From: Saprolegnia diclina VS20
Lineage: Eukaryota
Assembly: GCF_000281045.1 (NCBI RefSeq)
Contig: NW_008246145.1
Location: 81,760 to 145,759 of the forward strand
DNA: 64,000 nt
Direction of reading: 5' to 3'
The first letter of the stretch is position 1, and each line of letters starts with the position of its first letter. Positions 10,224-21,560 of the stretch are shown piece after piece. The position numbers and the translations under genes were made by a program. Under the pieces are notes generated by a model. That model did no database searches, was not told the origin of the DNA, and was given only the letters and a program-made list of their open reading frames with translations.

Positions 10224-12046
10224 ATGCGCTGGGTCGTGCTCTTCCTCTCGCTGCTACAAGTGGCGTATGGCCTCAAGCAAGACTGGGTCTTCGGCGACGA
10301 GACGCGCCGCCAGTTCCTCATCGAGCGCTTCGCCTTTGACGCCGACGGCCAGCTCGAGGCCGAGCTCCACGTCGCCCCGGCCTCGCAGCTGGCACGGACC
10401 AGCATCCTCTTTGTTCATGTACGACGGTCGCCGCCATGGCCCGCTCATGCAATGGGTCGTGTAGGAAGACGATCTCATGGAGGACGCCGCCGCCTACTTT
10501 CAGCGACCGTACGATGCGGTCGTGTGCATCTTGGACGCACAGCCCGCGACCACGCGCATGGATTTTGACGACGAAAAGACGTGGCACATTGCGCACCCGA
10601 TCGAGCGTGCAGGCTTTTACTACGTGCTGTTCGCCCACTGCGGCGCGCAAGACACGGAAGTCTCGTTCTCGGTACGTCCATACCTTGCGTCGTCGGGTTG
10701 TCCACGTTGCAATTGATGCGTTTCTCCTATGCAGATGCGCGCCGTGTTCAAAAACCCGGACGGCAACTACCTCTCGGCCGGCGACGCGCCCGTGCCGCTC
10801 ATCTACCTTCTTACGAGCATCGTCTTTCTCACTGCGGGTTTGCACTGGGCGCGCGTGCTGCACGCCAACGTCGCCCACGTACGGCTGTGCATCGATGCTC
10901 CCACATGCTTATCTTCGATATGTGCTAGATCCACCATATTCACTACATGATGGCGGTCCTCGTCAGCGTCAAGGTAGACAATATTGCCATTGTCACGAGT
11001 CGGAAATCGTATTCCGTAGACACTGTCGCTCTTTGCCGAGTCGATGCGCTTCTACTACATGAAGGCGCACGGCGACACGATGACGTCCTGGAACGAGATC
11101 TACTATGTCTTTATGTTCCTCAAGGGCATCATGCTCTTCGTCGTCATCCTCCTCATTGGCACGGGCTGGTCGCTCCTCAAGCCGCACTTGAACCCGTCCG
11201 AGAAGCAGATCATCTTTGTCGTCCTCCTCCTCCAGGTACATGGTCTTCTTGCTGCTAAATCCAGCAAAAATCAAAATGCGCCTAGGTGCTCAACAACATT
11301 GCAGTCGTTGTGCTCCAGGAAAGCTCGATTGGGACACAAGCCTGGGTCGGCTGGATATCTTTTTTTGCGCAGCTTTTTGTCTTTTATTTGTGGTATTTTG
11401 CGAATTGGAACCCTTGACCTAGTATTACCGCGATGTGATGCACCTCGTGGACATTGTGTGCTGCTGCGCGATCCTCTTTCCTATCGTGTCGAGCATTCGC
11501 CATTTGCGCCAAACAGCCGAGACGGACGGCAAAGGTATATCTCGTATATTGATACCTTGATACACGTCGGGCTCTCACGGTGATCTCATTAGCCCACATC
11601 AACTTGCAAAAGCTGACGCAATTCCGCAGCTTTTACATTGCCGTGGTTGCGTACGTATACTTTACGCGGATCGCCCTGTACCTGCTTGCGGCGTCCCTTC
11701 CCTTCAACGCCGTATCCAAGCGTCTTACAGAACCATATCTAACGCAAGGCTGCGTAGACGTGGATCTCGGTGCTCGTCGGTGAACTCGCGGCGCTTGCAT
11801 TTTATGCTGTCACGGGGTATGACGGCGACCGTGCCTGGTGCTGTCCATGTATCCACTCGGTGACTAGGTGGAAGTTTCAACCGCAGTCGCAGAACCCGTA
11901 TTTGGCGCTTCAGACCACCGTCCCGCTGGTACTACCTTGTTGCCGAATCGTCGGACGCGAGGTTGACTGGAATGTGGTTGACGTAGGATGAATTTGGCCT
12001 GGACGACGACGACGATGACTTTGGCTTTGGCCCGGCCAAAGCCTAG
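10224..12046 (+). CDS. GPR107/GPR108-like (Lung seven-TM / GOST family) membrane protein, multi-exon
   Basis: Signal peptide MRWVVLFLSLLQVAYG, followed by exons encoding NPDGNYLSAGDAPVP, LFVVILLIGTGWSLLKPHL, HLVDIVCCCAILFPIVSSIRHL, NLQKLTQFRSFYIAVVAYVYFTRI and WKFQPQSQNPYLAL. Acidic tail, stop at 12044-12046. Confidence 0.88.
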
Positions 12047-12356
12047 TGTCAGTGCTGCCCTTAGAACCACATAGCATTCTCAATGAATCTGTCTTCTACA
12101 CCAATGCACAAACGTCATTCGAATGTGATCGACCTAATGCCAGCTTGCATCTTACGACCTTTGACGCTATCAGATCGTAGTGCATCACGCGGCCATGCTG
12201 AGCTCGTAGTTGTACTGTGATGACCTTGCCGTCGGTGATCTCTCCACCAGGCTTTTGATGGGAGCCCGCGCTGCGTTGACCATGTGGTTGTGGGGGCGAG
12301 GGATGTACGGACAAACAAGTTTTCAAGGTTAATCGAGTTCTAGCGACTAGTATCGT

Positions 12357-12971
12357 TTAGTGGGCCTTGCGCTTCTTGTCGGCTTCCTCAAAGTAGGCCT
12401 TGGAGTCCTTGGGGTTGGCGACCATCGTGTCGGCACCGGGCGTCCAGCCAGCAGGGCAGACCTCGCCGTGCTCGTCCGTGAACTGGAAGGCCTGGACGAG
12501 GCGGAGGATCTCGTCGACGTTGCGGCCGACCGGGAGGTCGTTGATCGTGATCTGGCGGAGCGTGCCCTTGTCGTCAATGATGAAGAGGCCGCGGAACGGG
12601 ACACCCTCGTCCTCGCCGTCTTCGATCAAGACGCCATAGTCACGCGCAATCTTCTTGGTGACATCCGAGATGACCGGAATCGCCATGTGGCCGAGACCGC
12701 CTTCGTTGCGGGGCTGGTTGATCCACGCCAAGTGCGAGAACTTGGAGTCGCACGAGGCCGCGAGGACGACCGTGTTGAGCGCCTCGAATTCCTTGACGCG
12801 GTCCGAGAAGGCAATGATTTCGGTCGGGCACACAAAGGTAAAGTCGAGCGGGTAGAAGAAGAGCACGACGTACTTGCCCTTGAAGTCCGAGAGCGAGATG
12901 TCCTCGAACTCGCCGTTGACGACAGCGGGGGCCGTGAAGGCGGGGGCAGGCTTGCGGATGATGGCGACCAT
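12357..12971 (-). CDS. Typical 2-Cys peroxiredoxin (AhpC/Prx1), 204 aa, intronless
   Basis: [13 protein letters not shown] (peroxidatic Cys), GEVCPAGW (resolving Cys), and GGLG and YF motifs. Likely true ATG at 12971 ([10 protein letters not shown]). Confidence 0.96.
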   Translation of the reverse strand: MVAIIRKPAPAFTAPAVVNGEFEDISLSDFKGKYVVLFFYPLDFTFVCPTEIIAFSDRVKEFEALNTVVLAASCDSKFSHLAWINQPRNEGGLGHMAIPVISDVTKKIARDYGVLIEDGEDEGVPFRGLFIIDDKGTLRQITINDLPVGRNVDEILRLVQAFQFTDEHGEVCPAGWTPGADTMVANPKDSKAYFEEADKKRKAH

Positions 12972-13141
12972 GGTGGCGAGAAGATGCAAAAGGCAAAGTG
13001 AGCTGGACTTTCTAGCGGCCGACAGCGTTTCGACTTTTGACCAATGGCATCGCACGCCATGGATTTTATTGTATACTTTTTATTACAACAGGCTTTTTGT
13101 ATGAAAATGCGTGGCATTCAAATGGGGGGACAAGACAGCCG

Positions 13142-16100
13142 CTAAATTTCAACCAATGGCATCGAACCGACGGTGGATGCCAACGATGTTTCGAAGGCTT
13201 GTGAAGGCGACGTCGAAGCTTCGCGATCGTCCGACCAACTCATTATTAGCTGTGTGACGTGACCGACGACTGGCGCCTCGCCATGCTCTCTCGCAGCGCC
13301 TCTGCCCTCGGACGGCGTCCACTGGAGCCGCCGAGGCCATCGCAAAGGTATCTGAAAGACTTAGGGGATCGCCATCCTCTTGCACCGACAGTAACCGGTA
13401 CGAGAGCTACGAGCCGTCGAAGGCGACCAAGCGAGCTGTGGTGCACGGTGGTGGCAAGATGCGGTGGATCCGCGGATTCCTCCACGTGGCACAACGATAT
13501 GATTGGCTCGCCGTGATGGCTGCCATCACGTGATTGGACCACGAGTAGCCAGGCGGAAGCCGACGTTCAAGATCGCGAACCTTCGACGCCGACCGAGTTC
13601 GCGAGCGATCCGGCGGCTGTCTTTGCACTGCAAGACGACCGAGAAGCACCGAGGCCGCCGAGTAGTCACCAAAGCTGCTCTGCGACACTTGTTGGCTCAC
13701 GCCGCTAGCCCCAGCAGCATGCTTCCGCGGATGTGACGCGAGATCGGGTCGTTGGACGTATGCGGTGGACTAGGTCTTTTAGCCGTGTGGCGACGGACCA
13801 CCTGCGCTGCCGTAGCCTGCATGGCCAGCACGTCGCCAACACCGCGCAATGTCGCCGTGTTTGCTAGCGCTGGTTGCCCGTGCATCGATTGTATGCGAGC
13901 CTTGTTATGGAGAACGAAGGTTGAGGATGCGAACGTGTATTCATCAGAAAGACTCTCGGAGACGCGACTTGTCGCCGCTAAGGAGCAAGTGGGGCATGAT
14001 CTCCTTTTGCTTGGCGAGCTGGAGCGTCCGAATCTCACGACAGACCTCGCCCACCTAGTCGTACATGCTATGCAGCGTCAGAAATCGTCCATACTCGCAC
14101 CTCGACTTTGTGCTCGAGGTCAAAGTCGAACGCGTTAAAGATGAGGTTGATGTCGGCCGTCGAAAACTTGAGCTGCTGCAGTGCGATCGTGAATTGCTTG
14201 CGGTCCAGCCACAGGAGCGGCAGCGTCTCAGCGTCAAAGCCTGCATCGTACGAGCTCTTTTGCGCTTGGAGCAGCATGCGGCGGCCGCGGCGGTCCGTCG
14301 CTGCCGACTGCACGAGCCTAGCCCACCTTGCTGAATCGCAACGGCCAATTGGCGCCGAGTAACCTCATATAGTCGTCGAGGTCGAGCGTCTCGTACAGTT
14401 GTCGGAGATGCCCTGGGACGTTGGCGTAGGCTTGGTTGCGCAGACAGTTGAAGATGAATTCGATCGAGCGGTGCACGATCGTCTTGTTCCTACATGATAA
14501 TAAGGTCAGCGTGTTCGAGTGCAAGCTATTACCGGCCGAGCGCCGCGTTCTTCTGGCCCACGACGCTGCGCCGCTTCTCGCGCTCAAACTGCAGCTTTTC
14601 CGAGTATTCTTCGACCTGCCACCGACATCATGTACCTCAGATAAGAACAAGGCGTACGGTGTTGCGCTCGGCCGCGTCCATGCAATAGACGGTCGCCGAC
14701 CGCAGAAACGACAGCCGCGCCGTCTTGGGTCTACATGCCGCTTGGACCAAGGACAGAGAGTCGAAGGAGGCACCGTATTTTGGCACCGGCGACTGTGACC
14801 ATGGGCGCGGCCTTTTGCACCGCGTGGAGTGCTGACTTGGGCCGGAGCTTGCGTTTCTCCAGCGTCGACGAGACGTTCGAGTGCAATGTCTCTAGCCCCA
14901 AGCGACACGCCCGGCCCGGTCTACAGGCACACAGACAATAATATTGTCCCTTTCCTACATATGGTGGACACTTGGACGCACTTTGCGATGGGCAAAGTGT
15001 ACATTCGGCCCGGGTTCTTGTGTGCATTGTGTGCGGCTTCCAAATTCAAGTAGACGCGCTCTATCACATCGATGCGGGATGGAAGCCAGGGTTGATGGAC
15101 CCTACCTGCGTCCTGCGCCGGCTGCAGCAGACTTTGCGTCGTCTGCACCGGCAGCGTATACGGCTGGACACCCGGAAACACGTCCGGTGTCCGAAGCGGA
15201 ATCGCATTGATTGGTGGGGGCGTCGCTGGACGTGGCCCTTGGTTGGACGTCGCCATGTCGTTCTGGAAGAGGTGGGGCTTGGGCGGCGACGCGGGTGGTA
15301 CCCACGCCGGTTTTGTGTCCGCGTCTTCCTCGTGCGGCTCCTCTGACACGAGAAATGCTTGTCAGCACACGTGTGGACACGACGTTGTCGTACCATGCCA
15401 CGCCCGGGGCAAGTCGATGTTGTGATGACCGACGTTCGGCCGGCCTTCGATGCGCTTCTTCCACTCTCTGGGGTTGGCGAGCTCGGCGGCCACGTCCAGC
15501 GCCTAATAGACTTGCGTTTTTGCAGCCTTTTTTTTAAACAGACGACCTTCCGCGGCGGATACGCCAACAGCAGCGACTTGAACTCGTCCGTGAGACCATG
15601 CACCGCGAGCACTTGGCGAGAGCCGTCGCTCGGCGCCAAGAGCCCGTCCGTTCCTGCGCCTGCCAGTTTGAACCTACGTCCGCTGCGTCACGCGGCCACT
15701 TTGCCGTTGTATACGTACGACGACGCCGAGTTGCTATGACCGAGGCGCCACCCAACAGGGTGCATCGCGTCACTGTCGCCACTACCATGCTTGTGGTTGT
15801 TGTTGTTGCTTGGCTTGCGCGGCGACGGCACGGTCGAGTAGAGGTCATGGACAAAGCCCACTGCCGCCATCGGTGGTCGACCCTAAACACGTTTGGGCGG
15901 CTATGGTTACGCAAGAATAAAGGTAGAGGAGACCCCAATGGGCTGCGGACTCGGCGGTGGTGCCTGCGACGCCTTGCGGCGGCGCGTTGTGGGGCACTGC
16001 GCCGCTGACCCGACGTTGTAGAGAGCCGCTTTGCGGCGGATCTCGGCCACGTTGACCGGCGGCTTGTGCTTGCGCCGCTGCGTTGTCGTCGGATATACGC

Positions 16101-16182
16101 CTTCAAGCCTCTCTTTCGAGCTGCTGCGCACCCGCGCCGGCCTGGGATCGACCATCGGCGATGCGAGTCGACGACTATTCAT
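13142..16182 (-). CDS. Multi-exon hypothetical protein with a Pro-rich region and a degenerate EF-hand-like segment; boundaries approximate
   Basis: Chain of minus-strand coding-like blocks separated by short GT-AG introns, e.g. VEEYSEKLQFEREKRR, NKTIVHRSIEFIFNCLRNQAY and FSTADINLIFNAFDFDLEHKVE. Confidence 0.5.
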
Positions 16183-16269
16183 AGATCGGATGACGCGCCG
16201 TATGCCGACGATTTAATAACTTCGGTGACTATAGTCGTTTTCGGTGTAAGAATAATAGTCTCCATCCAA

Positions 16270-17126
16270 ATGCAAGCAATTCGCTCAAACTAACGCAAAG
16301 AGGTCGGTGGCGCGAGGCCGGAATGCAGTTGGCACGTGGTCGGTTCGCCCCAAGGAACATAACACATTGTTATTTTACTTTCTTCGTGTAGACTTGAAGA
16401 AGAAGCTACATGGTCCGCTGAAGTGGACCATGTAGCGTCTTCTTCAAGTCTACACCACTTGTTGTCGTAGATGGATAGAACCATCGAGTTTGACATCGTC
16501 TCGAGCCTTTCGATTACTCGCACTTGGCAACATTGCAAGGGTGCTTCAATATATTGATATGCCAAGTGACAGAGAGTGTCGTCGCGCAATATCTGATCGG
16601 GTGGCGCAAGACCGTTCGCCTGCAGCGAGCAATGGCAGTGCGTATTCGCTTTGGGTGGCGTATCACTAGCAACTGCCACGTCGAGCAGGCTCAAAACAAC
16701 GAGAAACGAGAGAGCCACGATTTGTTCTGGTCGTCGAAGCGCAAAAAGATGCGTCGCGGTCAACTGCGGCAACCGCACGACCGACCATGGGTGCGCCACA
16801 GCTGTGACCATACGACAGATGTTGTCGCCCTCTGCGGCGGCCAGATGACCTCGGGCGCGCATCATCGTTGGAGTCGCGGCCCCAGGAAGTACCCCAAATG
16901 TGCATAGGATCGCAACGACATGAAACTTGCTTGCATGAGCATCCTGCACGTCAGCTATCGACAAGAGTTCTCTTGCGATATACTATCGTTGGTTACAGCT
17001 ACGACGAGGTCGACAGGCGCCGCGCTCCGAGCCGCACGGACCACGGCGGATGACGACGACATCGCGAAGAGACAGCGAAGACGTGACAGCAACGCTCCAG
17101 AAAGGCGGCTGGATCGACACAGCTGA
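16270..17126 (+). CDS. Possible small multi-exon gene; strand and structure unresolved
   Basis: Plus-strand fragments bounded by GT/AG (MDRTIEFDIVSSLS..., ESVVAQYLIGWRKT, ...DDDDIAKRQRRRD). An antisense ORF at 16290-16964 competes with this model. Confidence 0.25.
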
Positions 17127-17687
17127 TCCTTGATCTTGGGTGCCTCGTCCAGCCGTGACTAATTGCATCTTGAAATAGTCGTCGGCGTCGTAGACTTAGA
17201 GCCTTTGGGCTCTATTTGATAGCTTACTGGCGCGTCGAGGATCAGCGCTTTTCACCAAGTCCGCGTCGGAGCAGAAGCGAAAGCAAGGCGGCAAGTCCAC
17301 GGAGCATCGACACCATCCCCATCGGACGATGCTGGGTGGCGACTCGGATTGAAGCGCGCGGGTTGCAGCTTAGACACGAAACAGATGGCTCAACGTCACC
17401 GACTCCGTCGCCCCCTCGCGCCACCGACGCGACCGGCTCGGTGGTCGTCGTGCCGCTCTCTTTCAAAGAGCACTGTCGAATGCGCTATCGTGTAGATGGT
17501 GTTGAGACGGCAAGAGAGAGCATTCGGTAGCAACAAAGTGAACACGAGCACAAGGCGAGGGTGCATCGCACGCCAAAGCCACGCCGACGCGACGTCCCAC
17601 GGTGTGAACCATACGGTGGGCATCGTGAGGGCGCTTGAGTCTTCGCCATTCTTCAATTTGCCTTTTCAAGCGCACGTCCTTTTCAGC

Positions 17688-17936
17688 ATGGGCCGACGAC
17701 ACAAGTCGATGCAAGGTTACCAGCAATACATCGAGTACCAGCGCGAGTACTACCGCAAGCACCGGGCGACGCGCCTCGCCAAGCAGCGCGAGTACGACCG
17801 GAAACGGCGCCACGGTGCGCACAAGTTGACCAAGTCGGACACGATGCCGCTGTCGCCAACGAGCTCGGAAGCGTCGTCGACGACCACCGACGCGCGCCCC
17901 GTCAACAAGCTCTCGCTGCTGTACATTCTCGTCTAG
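17688..17936 (+). CDS. Small basic protein (82 aa) with a repeated QREY basic helix and a C-terminal LSLLYIL motif; putative nuclear regulator
   Basis: ATG at 17688; sequence QREYYRKHRATRLAKQREYDRKRR...VNKLSLLYILV*. Strong C/G-ending codon bias. Confidence 0.65.
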   Translation: MGRRHKSMQGYQQYIEYQREYYRKHRATRLAKQREYDRKRRHGAHKLTKSDTMPLSPTSSEASSTTTDARPVNKLSLLYILV

Positions 17937-18980
17937 CCAACGCTCTCGTCGTCGTCTGTCGTGTCCATTGCCGTCCGTACTTCATGTCTAGTAGATTCGT
18001 TAGTCACTAATATACCTCGTGTGCAAATAGCACCGTAACCTTCAACAAATAGCTAGGCGTCGTGCTTCATCACCAAACGAGTGGACTAGTACTTCACGTT
18101 GAGCTCCAAAATGGTCGAAATCCTGGAGCAGAATACGAGCTACAGTACAGTGTACTTGTTCCGTTACGGTAGCTGCGCAGGCGTCGACATGGAGCCCACG
18201 GAGCTCAGCTGCCCCGCTCCATGTGCGGCGGGAGACGCGGCGACGACCAGGTCGTGCACTTCCATGATGCGCTGGCGTACCCATGCCAGTCCTAAATCAC
18301 CGCCGCCTGTACAGTGGTGCGTCGTGGGTTTGCGAATGAAGCGTGGTGCGTCTGTCGACGCGTGAGTGCACCATTAGCCTGCACGAGGTCCACGTAGGCC
18401 ACCTTCCCGCAACCACAGCGTGTGAGCGCAGCCACGGGCTCAACCCGCCGCGCCAACGACCTGGTCTGAACTGCATTTTGCCAGAAACCATGCCCTTGCC
18501 TCTGCTTTACAAAGCCACGCTGTGTTGACGGCGCGGTGCATGGGCACGTGCCTGTCGACGGAATCCGAGTTTAGCTACTCGGTTTCGACCACCCGACTAG
18601 AGTATGCAGTCTATATACCCAAGAGTGCGCTCGTATCGATAGACCCAGATTTAGTAGCGCCTCGGTGGGCCAAAGGGTAGTACGGGTGCAGCACTCGTCG
18701 GCGTTGCAGTGTCGCCCCGTCGTCATCATCGTTGATAACTCGACTGATCGCAGTTGCAGTCTGTGGTGGCGCAGGATTGGCTCGTTTAATGGCCAATCCG
18801 ATGCAGTACTTTTAAATGATCCCCATCCAATACAAAAGACGAGGCATTTAAATCGATGCAAGCGAAAATCCAAGTAAAAATGGGATTGGACAAAAAGTGA
18901 CGAATCACACAAAGCCAAGGATCGCATCGAAGCTCCACACCAATAGCAAGTCGACCAAGACGCGATCTGAGTTCGCGCCG

Positions 18981-19520
18981 ATGACCGTGCCCCATGCAGC
19001 AAGCACGAGCGTGCTCACGGACGCAAGCCTCCTGCGCAGCATCTGCGCCTACCAGTATGGCTTCTTCGCCGACCTGCTCCCGCGGCTCGAGGAAGGGCGG
19101 GCCATGACCACGACCACCATTGGTGGGCTTATGCAGTATGAGCTGCCACCGCGGTACGCACCGCTTGTCGACACCCTTGCTGTCTTTGGCAGCTTTACGC
19201 TGTACCTACATCCGTTCGAGCGCGATGCGCGGTGTCCGCTGCACCTGGCGATCTTCGAGGGCCAACTCGACGTTGTGAAGCGGTTCCTCGGCTGCCGCGG
19301 TCGCGCCTGGCTCTCGGCCGACGCTTTTTACCTCGCCGTGCAGCGAGGCCACGACGCCATTGTGCGCTACCTCTGCGAGAAGCGTCTGTGTCCATCCACG
19401 GATGGGACCTGGCGCGACGCGCTCGCGCTCGCGGCCCGGCACAAGCGAACACGCGTCGTCGCCGTCTTACAGGACGCCCATGTGGTCGACGCCAAGCGGC
19501 GCCACGTCACGACTACGTAG
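18981..19520 (+). CDS. Ankyrin-repeat protein (179 aa)
   Basis: Three ankyrin-like repeats: PLHLAIFEGQLDVVKRFL, AFYLAVQRGHDAIVRYLCE and ALALAARHKRTRVVAVL. N-terminal VLTDASLLRSICAYQYG. CCAAT boxes upstream. Confidence 0.8.
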   Translation: MTVPHAASTSVLTDASLLRSICAYQYGFFADLLPRLEEGRAMTTTTIGGLMQYELPPRYAPLVDTLAVFGSFTLYLHPFERDARCPLHLAIFEGQLDVVKRFLGCRGRAWLSADAFYLAVQRGHDAIVRYLCEKRLCPSTDGTWRDALALAARHKRTRVVAVLQDAHVVDAKRRHVTTT

Positions 19521-19611
19521 CGCTCCCGCGTAAAACGATTCTGGACACTGCTGTGAATGTTTCTTCTTCTATTAGAGGCCTAGTACGCTACAAGATAGTT
19601 GTCGATGGGGC

Positions 19612-20127
19612 TTAGGACGCAATGGGCGCGACAGCTTCCTCCTTGATCGATGTTGTCGACGTCGTTGGTGCATCGTGCGGCTGCAAGTACTGCTTGGTGG
19701 TCTCATGCACGCAGAGCGTCGACTGGTCGTGCATGGGGCAGAAGGGAAAGTGGCGCTTTGCTTCGGACGTGCACGTCGGAACGAGGCACTTGATCCAACC
19801 CGTGTGGTGGTACCGAATGCGCGCGATCGCGCTCCAGCGGGCATCCGGGCGGCGCCCTTTGGTCGTCGGTGCCGAGGTCGCTGGCGGTGGCTGGGCCGTC
19901 GCGATCGGCGAGGCGGATGCATCGGACGTCGTGGTCGCGGGCGAGGCGAGGCTCGGCCGACTGCTTCGCTGCGTCTGCACGTCGCGGGCGTGGTAGAGGC
20001 ACATGCCATTGTGCTTGGCGTACCGGCGGCAGTGGTCGCGCTGGCACCATGCTGGCATCGCGTCGTCTTCTTCTTCTTGATCGTCCAAATTGAACTGTGC
20101 GAAGCGCCGCCCGTTTTTGTGGAGCAC
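19612..20127 (-). CDS. Small protein with two C-x4-C...C-x2-H zinc-finger-like motifs; start uncertain (ATG at 20058 or an upstream exon)
   Basis: CQRDHCRRYAKHNGMCLYH and CLVPTCTSEAKRHFPFCPMH, separated by an Ala/Pro/Thr linker. Confidence 0.6.
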   Translation of the reverse strand: MLHKNGRRFAQFNLDDQEEEDDAMPAWCQRDHCRRYAKHNGMCLYHARDVQTQRSSRPSLASPATTTSDASASPIATAQPPPATSAPTTKGRRPDARWSAIARIRYHHTGWIKCLVPTCTSEAKRHFPFCPMHDQSTLCVHETTKQYLQPHDAPTTSTTSIKEEAVAPIAS

Positions 20128-20933
20128 GTCGTTTCGGCCAATATAGACTTAGCGTTGAAGTCGCCCTACCTATGTTTAGAGAGCAGAAGACTAGGCACTA
20201 CCACGTCGACGCTAACCTTCGGCCGAACAAGCCGCGTTGTCCAATCGTCCAAGCAGCGACTTCGAACGTTTGCGGTCTAGTCGACGCATCGACTACTGCC
20301 CCATCTACTACATACGAGCAAGTCGAACCGAGTGTTCTCGAGAGGGCGCTAAGTATAACGCGTCCGTGCCGGTCAAAACGGTTGGAGAAAGAATAAGTGG
20401 AGGCGGTAGTCATCCCAGACGACTAAGGAACGTACCACCAAGACAGACGCGACGCGTGGGGCACCGCCGTAAGGCATTTGAGGTGCTTGAAGAGGACCTG
20501 TGCAAGGAGGCTGCATGGGACCAGAGGCGCGATGCGGGAGAAGGTGCAGGCGGTGCGCTTTTGGTGGTCAAGGTTCAAATGACGTGGCGCGATCCAGCGC
20601 CGTTTCAGGCCGTTTTCATTTTAGCTTGGTGGGCGACGATATTGAATGCGATAAGCAGTCGAGCGATGCGTCGATGGCACCAATTCTCATGGCCATCGTG
20701 CTTGCAAGCGGTGGCCGTGGGAAGGCTCGTGTTGTGCAAGCGTGCAGAAGGAAGCTCTTTGCTTGGTGATCGATAGAGGGATTGGGTGGTGGAAGATCGG
20801 CGGCGCCATGTCGCTGCCCGCGCGTGGCGCATGGAAGAGCGACGGCAACGTAAAGCGACGCCAAAAAAGATGAAGTACAAGCTTGTTAATGGAAGCAACC
20901 ATCGACGGCGTCGGTGACCCTTCTAGATGTCGC

Positions 20934-21429
20934 TTACGCCTTGTGGGTTTCCTTGCGGGCGACGGGCACCTTGAGCACCACCTTTGTGACATGGCCGGTC
21001 ATCAACTGCAAGACGCTGTCCTTGTTGCGCAGGTATTCGTTGCTACGCCCATGCGTCAGACGTCCTCGCCACGAAACGAGAGGTCGTACCGCATCTTCTG
21101 AATGTCCTGCTCCGTTTCTTGGTCCATGATGCTCGAGTCGTCGCCCAAAAGCTACAAGAGGCGCGTGAGCGGTGCCATGGCCTCATCGAGTACATACGTC
21201 GGTCGAGTTCATCTGGAAGGCCTGGTCCTGCTGGAGGCGGTAGGCCGCGATCTCGGCTTCCGCCTCGACCTTGGCCTGCTTAAGACGCTCGCCACGCTCT
21301 AGACACCATGGCCATGATGAGCCCGCGCCGCATCGAGATAGGCGACGCACCTTGGCGGGCCTCGCTGATGATCTTGGAGGCCTTCGTCTCGGCCGCCATG
21401 AGCTCCTTGATGCTTTGATTCGCCGCCAT
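20934..21429 (-). CDS. ATP6V1G: V-type H+-ATPase subunit G, 4 exons
   Basis: Exons 21429-21351, 21298-21198, 21151-21090 and 21042-20934 splice to MAANQSIKELMAAETKASKIISEARQERGERLKQAKVEAEAEIAAYR...NKDSVLQLMTGHVTKV. Confidence 0.92.
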
Positions 21430-21499
21430 GCTGATCGTCGGGACTGACTTTGGGAAAATGGCCTCACAAATCGCCATCCGGAAAAGGACCGGCTTTTTG

Positions 21500-21560
21500 G
21501 CCAATCGCTGGCAACACCCGCGAAATAAAAAAGAGGATCTCCAATCGCTCGGCCAATTGT
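21500..21560. promoter_or_regulatory. CCAAT-box cluster upstream of V-ATPase G; similar clusters occur upstream of PAN3 (about 23155-23400), ETFB (27527-27590) and the WW/B-box gene (62744-62820)
   Basis: Repeated CCAAT/ATTGG immediately upstream of start codons. CCAAT is an established oomycete promoter element. Confidence 0.55.

Noticed and set aside
12360..13001. Long antisense ORFs over the peroxiredoxin (likewise 26187-27104 over ETFB, 48254-49546 over TOR and 56510-57322 over MYB)
   Set aside because: Expected shadows of high-GC3 codon usage.
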